Shown: one piece after another, positions 12,193 to 21,829 of the stretch
How positions within the stretch are numbered: the stretch's first letter is position 1
Layout of the letters: every line of letters starts with the position of its first letter
Notes under the pieces: generated by a model
What the model was told of the DNA's origin: nothing
Databases searched by the model: none
What the model saw: only the letters and a program-made list of their open reading frames with translations
DNA from: Amphiscolops sp. MND2022
Taxonomy: Eukaryota
DNA: 64,000 nt
NCBI GenBank assembly: GCA_964187785.1
Contig: OZ076409.1
Coordinates: forward strand, 55,740,001 to 55,804,000
Direction of reading: 5' to 3'
Program-made: the position numbers and the translations under genes

Positions 12193-12838
12193 ATGCCTTC
12201 AACTAGAAAGCAGAAAGCAAGAGAGAAACGTTCCAGACAGTCTGACGTAATGTCTGATATAGAAAATCTTGATGTAATGTTAGGAAATTATCAGAGAGAG
12301 AATAATGAATTCCGAAGTGAGAATAATGAAAATACATTAGACCAAAGGTCTGATGAAAGGGAAGGCCAGGATCGAAATGTGGAAGACTATCAAACCTTCC
12401 TGAATAACAATCCAAGTGAAAATAGTTGTTTGACCATTGAAACTAGTAGAGTTATTAGTTCTGAAATTTCATCACAGATGTCAAGGAAATTTCAGGAAAT
12501 GCAAACTAGTCTAAATTCTCAGATATTGGATGTTATAAACACTGCAATTGACACTAGGGTGCTTCCCAGCATCAAAAATGCTGTTAGGAGACAGAATTCA
12601 GCGAGAAATACAAGTTTAGACCTTCGGTCAGATGGACTGCATGAAGATACTGCCGCCCCAGGAAATTCTCAGAAGGACCTTCGGTCGATTAGACTGCATC
12701 CGGAAAATACCAACAAAACGTACAAGGATGCTCAAAATGAGTTTCCGAGATTAATTTCAATCAAAAATAACCAAACAAATCATCGTAGAGAGAATTCAGG
12801 TGATTCTCAAGTTAGTGATGATGACTATGGTTATGACA
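12193..12838 (+). CDS. N-terminal part of ORF1/gag-like protein encoded within the LTR, cut off at the LTR end
   Basis: MPSTRKQKAREKRSRQSDVMSDIENLDVMLG..., homologous to MSTTRKQKNKARKSRDADMLSDIDNMDVML at 40181. The frame is open right up to the terminal CA (DYGYD). Confidence 0.6.
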
Positions 12839-13499
12839 AAAAAGAACCAAGAAAATTATTTTTTTAGAACCCAAGTACTTTGTGCAAAAAAAGAAAGCGT
12901 CATACTTGATGACAGAAACTTTGTTGGTCCAAAAATTAGCCTACATCCATGTTGTTTTTCTCGCAAGAGAATGGTTTCTGTATTTTTTATCACTTTAGAG
13001 AAATATGAGCTACGAATAAGAAAAAAGATTTCGACATTTTTTTCAACTCTTGTTTGCCCCGTCAATTTGACGTCATTTTTGAGCCGAAATCTAGCTGTGA
13101 AACGTGTGTACAATTTACGAAACAGTGGACCCTGTATTTAGTCTCCGTTCTGAGATAGAGGGGATCAAAGATGAAACACTATCAAAAATCGCGTTTTTTC
13201 AAAAAAATGTTTTAACAAAACCAACAAGCCAATTTTATTAAATTGTTTTTCGACGAAAAGGTAGCCTAGGATCCAGCGCAACTTTTAGCGAAAACATGGT
13301 GTCCGTAAGAAAACGTCACCGTATTGGCACCTCGCAAAGCTCAAGTCCCAAAAATAATGATTTCTCATATTTTCACTCGAAATATAGAACCAGAGCTCCA
13401 TGTGCGTGCGATGAAGGAGTCGGAAACTGATTAAAATATTGAAAAACAAACTACCTACTTATTGTGTTTTGGTGATTTTTGGACTAATTTTGGCTATTT

Positions 13500-15250
13500 T
13501 TTTTTCATAAATCCCAGTCATACAATCGTGTCGTTATTTCAATCCAAATTTTCAAAGAAGTACGATTGCGTAAGTATTTGAAACACTCCGTTTGAAATAC
13601 TCCGTTCCAACCCATGGAGTAGCTCGAAAATTTCACCAAAATGTGCAAAAACAAGGTCTAAAACTTTTTGGTTCTTCAATTATTTTGGGTCAGTCTGAGA
13701 TACTTTTCTGCAAACAAAACAGTAATTTTTTTTCAAATTCTAACGCACATCTAATTTTATCATTTAGTGGTTTTTGAAACTTCTCAATTACACAATATCT
13801 CTAATTTTTATTTAAAAGTCTACAAAAAGCCAAAAATTAGAGAATTTAGATTTTTTTCTTCAGCTCTGGTGTCTTTTTGAGGCAATTTATAACCCATACT
13901 GCAGTCATATCTTCAGCGACGGCTAGTGGACAACAATTCCATTCGTCGTTGAGTTTTTAGGATTCTGATTCAGGAAATCAATAAATTTTATCAGAAATTT
14001 TCAAGAAAAAAAGCCAAACCAATGAAGTTTTCGGCCTTCGACTAATTTTATATTACTTTGATTTTTACGCACACAGCAGCAAAAATCGCTTTGTAAAGCA
14101 AACTGCATAGCTAGTTTTTTTCCCTAATCTGCCAACAGTCTAAACCAAGAAACGTCTCGAATTGTTCCAAATATTGCAAAAAAGTCAAAATACTTTGTTT
14201 TTCGACTTCTTTGAAGTCATTTTGATGCTATGCTAACGTGAAACTGCAATTTACTTTCATAAATAAAACCTATGCGAAAACAATGCTGTTTGCTGTTGAA
14301 AGTTTTTATTCTTCAACAAACGAACTATCAACAATTTTAGAAAAATTGGTTAAAAAATTTGAAATAAAATAGAATCTTCGACTTTTTTGGGTCATTGAGA
14401 AAATCTTCTATCTAGAAAACTATGAAGCTTGTCTTTCAAAGGCCTGTTGCATAGCTTGACAAACAGTCTTGAGCTTTAGAACCCTTCAATTCACAAAATT
14501 TTTTACAAACGGTCACTAAAATTGTCAAAAACAGGAAAACTTTGACATTTTGCGATCTTTTTCGGGTCAATTAGAGGTTTTTTCAGACACAGATCTGCAA
14601 ATATCTCTTCAGAAATGACAAAAGGGTATAGACTGCCATTGTTTTTAAAAACGTTTTCAGGATTGTTTCCCTCGAAAGTGTTTAGAAATTTCACAAACTT
14701 TGCAAAAAAAGTTCAAAAACATTCTTATCCGCAAAAACTTTGAATTCTACACAAATTGCACTAAAAATGACATACTCTGGAAATGTTTTTCGGGGTCAAA
14801 TTGAGTCAAACTTTTTAGAAACGTTTCTACAAAAATTGCGTTTTAAAAGTTCAAAAATTGTAAACGTTTTGCATTTTGAACTATTTTGGGTCTTTTTGTG
14901 GCAATTATCTACTACAAAATTGCTTTTATCTCACCAAAAAGGCCTCTTGGACAATGAATTGTTTCCTTGTTGAACGTTTTTTTTATGTTCTGATCCACAA
15001 AATATAACACAAATTTTACAAACATTATATAACAACGTTAAATCTTGGAAATTTTTGCAGTCCATTTTGTGTTCATTTTGCGTCTTTCTGGCATCTTTGG
15101 CCCCCAAATCAAAAAGTCTCTAAAAACATATCGCATGAAACTAGCTTTGTGTCAGTTGAATTCTATTTGTGAAACCCTTCAGTTTGGGTATAACTTCGGA
15201 ACATGGCCAATTTTGGAAACAAACGCGGCTGATTTAAATATTTTCGTTTC
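13500..15250. repeat. Highly diverged tandem array, roughly 170-180 bp period; boundaries approximate
   Basis: Recurring TTTTGGGTCAATTTGAGG-like core at ~13685, 13868, 14215, 14389, 14563, 14793 and 14886. Confidence 0.45.
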
Positions 15251-15465
15251 ACAAATATGAAATATTGACGGAAATCAAAAATGTTTGTCTTAAAAAAAAA
15301 ACGTTGTAATCCGGACAGTACTGCAAGAAGTTAGAGGGTTTTCAAATTCCTTCCATTATGAAAGATCTTATAGTTGCTTGAAGATTGCCAAAATAAACCA
15401 AAAATCTTGCACGGTCTTTTATCAAAATTTGAGGGAAGAACGCCGGATGTTGTTCTAACATTGTT

Positions 15466-15718
15466 TTGCCGAAATTCTTAGCTTCCTGGAAGCGCCCTCC
15501 GGGGGGCATGAGAATGACGTGGAGAAAGCTGGCCCAAGACGACCTCAAACCCTACCTCAAGCCCCCCAACATGAGCCAATCCAACTGGAACGCTGACTGG
15601 TTCGACATCGCCAAGGAAACGGCTGCCAACAGGCCAAGATGGAGGGGCCTTGTTCGTGACATTGTGGCGGGCAATGATCAACGCTGATCGAAAAAGCCCT
15701 GATGGATGGATGGATGGA
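15466..15718 (+). mobile_element. 5'-truncated non-LTR retrotransposon (RTE-like) 3' end
   Basis: GC-rich island encoding WKRPPGG..TW..W....A.NR..WRGLV, typical of a LINE ORF2 C-terminus, followed by a (GATG)n microsatellite tail at ~15702-15718. Confidence 0.7.
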
Positions 15719-15911
15719 CAACTGAAGAAACTCAATTTCACAATCTTCACTTTTACTAGTCTGTTTTCAGCTGATTTACTATTCAAGAAAAAGGACGTTT
15801 TGCATTGTCAATTCGTAAATATATCCATTCGAAATGAATTCACTGATAATTTCTGGTACCCTACTTTATGCATCTTTGTAAAGCCATAGTTCTCTGCTTT
15901 GGCGAATGGAT

Positions 15912-17015
15912 TCAACCGTGGCCAAACTTGCGTACCGCGTCTTGCTCTTCGGGTGACAAGAACAAACTTGCTTCTTCAACCCATTCAGGTACAAGTACAG
16001 ATTGTTCCCATTTCCTCACTCCTGCCGAAAAACAAGGTTGTAAGGTGGCAGCTGGCCCTTCGCTCAGGGTGTAATACATCATGTAGAAATTACACATCTC
16101 ATCCTCAGAAGTTGGGCCTATGGGAACTGTCTTGTCAGTGGGGTTTGTGTAAGTGCATCGTGCAAACAGACGATCAGAGGGCTCTATGATAATATCTTCC
16201 TGGCAGGGATAGAAAGTCTGTTCCATTTTTGGGCTCATTCGTCCAATCATAGTCCAGGTGTTTTGATGGTTCCATGGATTGGTTTTAACTTGGAAGCCAC
16301 TGATCAAGACCCCGTAGCTGTGGGCGTGGGTCCTGAATGCGAACGGTACAATTGAATGCTCTCTCGGGATTTCCTCCGGTGGGCAAACGATATCCAAAGT
16401 TTCAAGGTCTCCGGGACCTCGATTTGGACGAATCACACCTCCAGATCCCAGCAGAAGAACTCCTCCTGAAAGTTCAGTTGGATTCTTCTGGTACTCGATG
16501 TCAATTCCTGAGTAATCTTTCAACGCTGGGTCTTTTTCAAATTTACTCACGTCCTTGTAATGAACCTGTATTACCAAATACTTGACGTTCGTGTCTTTAC
16601 CAATCTTGAAAGAAACATCTTCAGGTAACTTGTAGCTGCCAGCTTGCATGGCTTCTGCAAAAAGGATATTGGATCCTCCTCGGCCGCACACTCCCCCTTG
16701 TACTAGATCCACTGTATCTTCGTCGGCGGCGCTTTTACTCATCTCACCACACAACCAAACGTCTTTTTCAACCCCAGGGGTTTGACATCCGTACAGAAGT
16801 ATATGGTGAGCAGCCCCGTTGTCATCAGCGGGTGAAAATCCTCTGATGTAATAGCTGGTATCGGGGTCCAGTTTTTTGGCCGTGCAAACGTATTCGTTTG
16901 GGTACGATGGTTTAAATCCGGGTAACCTCACCGTTTCATTATGTAAGCATAAACAGAGCTGAACCGATACCACCAGAAGCACTGTGAGATGGAAGCAAAA
17001 TTGTACTGAAATCAT
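15912..17015 (-). CDS. PHM: Peptidylglycine alpha-hydroxylating monooxygenase, monofunctional and secreted, 367 aa
   Basis: Hydrophobic signal peptide; CuH ligands AHHILLYGC and QVHY; CuM ligands FRTHAH and EMCNFYMMYY; QTFYP. No PAL or transmembrane domain. The CDS is uninterrupted. Confidence 0.95.
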   Translation of the reverse strand: MISVQFCFHLTVLLVVSVQLCLCLHNETVRLPGFKPSYPNEYVCTAKKLDPDTSYYIRGFSPADDNGAAHHILLYGCQTPGVEKDVWLCGEMSKSAADEDTVDLVQGGVCGRGGSNILFAEAMQAGSYKLPEDVSFKIGKDTNVKYLVIQVHYKDVSKFEKDPALKDYSGIDIEYQKNPTELSGGVLLLGSGGVIRPNRGPGDLETLDIVCPPEEIPREHSIVPFAFRTHAHSYGVLISGFQVKTNPWNHQNTWTMIGRMSPKMEQTFYPCQEDIIIEPSDRLFARCTYTNPTDKTVPIGPTSEDEMCNFYMMYYTLSEGPAATLQPCFSAGVRKWEQSVLVPEWVEEASLFLSPEEQDAVRKFGHG

Positions 17016-17062
17016 CTTATTCTAGAGAACATGCACTGTTTGGGGGTTCGGTGATTCTCAAC

Positions 17063-18882
17063 CTGTAAATGAAACTAAGAATTAGTTCGTGAAAAATAAT
17101 GTAAAGAGCTGTAGCAATAAATGCACTAAGTGCAAAGCTAATGTAAAAAAGCTAGCTGAAATAATTGCATAACGACCAAAAAACTAAATGTCAAATTATC
17201 TGTGATTTAAAAGTCAGGAGTTTTAGTGAAGTACACAAAAATATGAACGTGATGTTTTAGAATGTTCGGTGCGTCAATGAACTTTTAAGCGTCTGTGGCA
17301 TAGTTTTATAACTAAAATTAGAACGATCTCCGTCAATGAAAAGTCAAAAAGTCTTCAGATGAACAAGCATGTGAATTCTTTTTTAGATGAAAAACTTTAT
17401 TTCTAAAGAAGGCATAGCTTAAAAGTCCGCTTTAAAATGATATTCATTCTATATGCATCTCATTTATGAGATATGTTTATCATGTCATCTAATTCATTCA
17501 GTGTGAATGCCATGTTTAACATACTTATCCACGGGCAAAAGAAATTTCATTGTTGTTTATTCTCGAATGTTTATTTTCAAACGGTCCAAACATTTTGTAA
17601 AATTGTGACTGCATGTTGCTGGCTATTTGAATGCTGTTCACAAAGAATGCAGCGGAAAATTACATGTACGTTTTGCCAAAATTGTTCAATTATTGCGTGT
17701 TGTAAAAACCCAACAAGTGGTTTAATTTCGAGTATCTTATCAGGATAATAAATTAGCATTAACTTTTTTGTACATTTCATAAGTAAAGTTTCTCCTGGAA
17801 ACGACCGATATGTGGAAAAATCCGATACTTAATTTTTAGAAATAACTAGTACAACTTTCAGCTATCTAGAAAGATACACTCGTCACTCGAAAATACTACA
17901 CTTACAATGATTGTTACAGCAGACACGACATCGATTTATCCTAAAACTTCAACGCTGTATCGAATCAAAATAAACCATGATTTTTGATTTTGGCAACGCT
18001 TCTTTAATTGCCGTTCTTGCTTGGAAAAACCGCAGCAAAATTCATGTTGATTATCAAGAACTTCGATGGAAGCATTCATGACCATCACATAAAATTTCTT
18101 GACCTGAATGGTTCAACAAAACTACTGACTGTTATCGCATTAAACTTTTTTGGCACTTTAGTTTGCTGCAAAATATCAAAAAAACTTGAAGGTTCTCCCT
18201 TTCAAGGCAGTTAAAAATTCGAAAAAAAAGTCGTACAGTGCCGAAAAAAATGAAAGAGGGGACCCTTCAGTCTCGTCCGCTTTCGGCAATACTCGAAAAA
18301 GTTTCTGGCTAAAGCAAGGACTCGAACCCGTGACCGCTGGTTTCACCGTAAACCGAGTAAAGTATGTACTAAAAAGTTGTACAAAAAAAACTAGCCATTG
18401 TAATAGTCGGGCTTTTTTCATTAGAAAAGCGCCGACTAAAAGAACAGGATTTTGGCAAACGGGAAACAGGTCTGGGTTCAGAGATTTCATTAGGTCAAAT
18501 TAGGACACAGACTACAAAATGTCTCAGGTGGGCAACCACGGTATAACAACTTGGCTAAAACTCAGATTCTAATGTCAAGTTAATCATGTTCCTTTCGAAA
18601 AAAATATACTTCTAAAAATCTCTTGAAGTTTTTAGATTGCCTGGCATTTTATTTGTATCTCATTTGCCATAAATTTTCACGTTTCAAAGTTTATTAGTTT
18701 TATTCTTATGACATGAGAACAGAATCTTTCATTGATTCTTCAATGGAAGTATAAAGTACGGGAATAAAAGTTTATTTTGCATTGAAGTCCATTGCTGTAT
18801 TATTGTTCACAATTCACCCCTGACACCATTTATTTTTGTTCTTTGGGTTATCTTGTATTTTTAAAACAAAAGAGATGCTTAC
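17063..18882 (-). other. Possible 5' UTR intron of PHM
   Basis: Minus-strand acceptor TTCATTTACAG ends at 17063, 47 nt before the ATG. A consensus donor AG|GTAAGC starts at 18882. The pairing of the two is inferred. Confidence 0.35.
18176..18437 (-). mobile_element. Partial copy of Helentron-like non-autonomous family A
   Basis: Reverse complement of the AGTCGGCGC...CGACTATTACAATGGC end and the TTTTTCGGCACTGT blocks shared with the copy at 25138. Confidence 0.55.
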
Positions 18883-21829
18883 CTACCTCCTGACGAGTAC
18901 ACGTTGATAGAAAGATATGTATAATGTCGGATAGAACAAGGGCGATGGCAACACTAACACTGCTTTGGGCCCAACTAATCTATCACGGATAAATAAAATT
19001 TCGTTCTCTTTCAATCCAGGAAAAAGGGAATAAAAAATAGCGACTGTTCCATGTATTTCCTGCCTTGTGAAGGGAAATCATATGCGGGAAACAGTAAAAT
19101 GACTCTAGCTACCAACGTTACTACTGGTGGCTTCGATTCTCAATATACACGGCTTCTTCCCACGAAATTATTTCCCCGCACACGCGTGGGGGTAGCAGCG
19201 AACAGCGAAAGAGGAAAAAGGTGAACTACGCGAGGAAATTCAGATATAAATCAAGTCTGTATAATGTGTTGAGCTTCCTTTGAATTTTGGTGCACACATC
19301 TCAGTTAAGAGCTTTTCGCGGCATAATTTTTTTCTTTACTGACGAATGCAGAATTATTGTTGCTAGCTGCTACGTAAGCGTATGGTGATTACGTTCCTTT
19401 TGAATGGCGTCTTACCATCGCGATCGCCGCACCTTCAACGGCTATGATGTAATAGTCTTTTCAAGCCGCTCGTCAGTTTTTAGCTATGAAGCTGCTACAA
19501 TTCGACTATGGAGTAAGTTCCTTTTTAATGCATACACTTAGTTCTCAAATGTACTGCATTTGATAAATCCGGAACCGAAACACGGCAATTGTATTTTTAT
19601 CGACGTCTTATGATGAAATAAACGCGCTCCACCAATGAATTATCATCTCTAAAGGCAAGGAAAAAGCAAAACAACCGCTGACGTCATAAATAATGTGGTA
19701 AGTTTTATTTATAAAAAAAAATCACACATTCCAGCTGACTTGAGCTGCTCGCATGCGAACAAAAATTCAAACTGAATAAATCAGATTTAGAAATTATGGC
19801 TCAATTTTGTAGATGCCATGGAAAGCAGAACTTAATGTACTTCAACATATGGCGGCTTTTTGATACTTCAAGATTCATCAAAAGTTTGAACTGAGTATTT
19901 TTGAAAAATCTTTGTGCTAGATATATGAAAAATCAAAAAGTAAACCCGACACAATTAACACAAGACTTTTAAAACCTGACACGTTTAAAATGAAACTTTT
20001 AGAAGCAAAACATGAAACAATTTTTACCGACAGTTTTTGTTTATGAGGATCAGCCTTAACTACTTTTAAAACTCCTGAAACTGTGAAAAACCAGTGGTGT
20101 AAGATGAGCGTTTTTTCTCCACATCGATGCCTGATATACTTGCAGTTTGAGACTGTATTGTTTTCTTAATTTTTGCTTAAGGTCCTAGTTTTTCTTGATT
20201 TGACAGGTAATTGAAGTAATTCAATCAGCATCGTAACAGTTTTTCATGACCAATAGTAAGAAAAAAGAAAACGGGACGCAGAAGAACTGCAGTAATTCTC
20301 GTATCCTGTTACTAGACGCTACATAAAGAAAGAGCGGTATTACTAACGGAAATTCGGTCATACACTAATCTAACAAGATAAAATGCTGTTACAGTTCATG
20401 AATTTCTTTCCAGCATTGTATTTTTTGAGCCAAAGTGTCCAAAAATGGCTGAAAAAAGCATTTTGCAACACTTTGCTGTAAATGGCAGCTAGTCCTCAAC
20501 TGTTCGAACACTATTAGTATACCTCGTCGTATGCCGAAAAAGCGTCAAAAATGCGATGAAAGAATCTCGTTTGCCGTTTGCATATAAAAACATAGTTCTT
20601 AAACTTCGTTTGGTGCCAGTTTCTATTTTTGAAGTTTTTGCCATAAAAAAGACTTTTCAGTAACGTTGAAAAGTTAAGGTGTGCTCCCTTGGGATGTAAT
20701 GATATCAAGCGACCTAATTGCATCCGGTGAAGCATTGGAAATTGGAAAACATTTGACTGAAACTTGAGTTTTGACTAGCAACCACTTGAGAGACCTCAAA
20801 CAACTTCCTGTTTGTTGGGAAAAGCGCAGACTCCGTCTGGAGCATTGAGAAACTGCATAAAATTTTAACAAGACGCCTGTTGACGAACGAGATACGTTCC
20901 GCCCTCAAAATAATTTAAAACGACATAAACTAAATGCACCATGGAAATGCAAAGAAGTTTGGAGAGAAAAACGTTAAGCTTCATCTCAGCCGAGTTTTGA
21001 AGAAAACACTTAACTTATAAACACGCTAAGTACCCAAAAGATATGTTGTTAAACTATGTGGATACCAGTGCCTTGCTTACCAAATTTTTATACTTTTGCG
21101 TAAAAGCACCAAAACTAACAAAAACTGGAAAAATTTAATATTTTCGACATCTTTGGAGTCATTTTTAGGAACTGTTTTTCAAACATGACGCCCGCTGAGC
21201 AGCGAGAGAATTTCCGCCCCAAACTGTTCTACAACTAAATAAATTTGAAGCTCAAGAATAGCCAATGCACTATAAAAATGCAAAGAAGTTAGAAGAAAGG
21301 AAAGCTTTGATTCATCTTATCCCACTTTAAAGGAAACCCCTAATTTATAACTTCTGCAATAGTTGTCCACTTCTTGTTTTTTGGCACTATGCGACTTACC
21401 GAGAAAGGAGAAAATTTTAAATAACTTTTTTGAAATAATTTTCGAAAAAACATTTTTCGCAATTTTTAATTTTTGGGGTTTTCTGTAAAAGCGATGAGTT
21501 TCCCGAGTCTTGAGTGTGACTTCTTTGTTCCATTTGATCATATAGAACTGACGAGGGTCTTTCTTTATTGTGGAAATTACCTCACTGCAGTTTTTTTGAC
21601 TCTGTGCGTCTTTCCGAAACTTTAATTTGGGCAAAGAGTACCCCTTGCTTTCAAAGCTGAGTTCGACTGGAGAAAAGTAGTTTTACGGGCTGAAACTTGT
21701 TTCGCCATCATGGAACTTCACCGGAAAAAACTTTTAAAATGGATTTTCTGTGATTCCTGTTGGGCAGAATGTGGTTTCCTAGTCTCCGCCGTATTTCTTG
21801 AGGTAATTTTTGGCACTGAGAAAGTGGTA

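Larger units (their letters stand above)
1..12838 (+). mobile_element. Large Ty3/gypsy LTR retrotransposon with accessory genes; 5' part lies outside the window
   Basis: pol in RT-RNaseH-INT order, then ~7 kb of extra internal sequence, a polypurine tract (11281-11288) and an LTR starting TGTCGC (11289) and ending TATGACA (12838). The LTR ends are supported by homology to the solo LTR at 39025-40756. Confidence 0.85.
11289..12838 (+). repeat. 3' LTR (~1550 bp)
   Basis: TG...CA ends with an imperfect terminal inverted repeat (TGTCG/TGACA). The start TGTCGCAAGCTGCCGCTTGTGACGG matches TGTCACAGGCTGCGACCTGTGACGG at 39025. Sequence character changes abruptly after 12838. Confidence 0.75.

Noticed and set aside
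12839..13137. Right end of a Tc1/mariner-like MITE (GGACCCTG-TA) that may host the large LTR element
   Set aside because: The matching left end would lie outside the window, so it cannot be confirmed.
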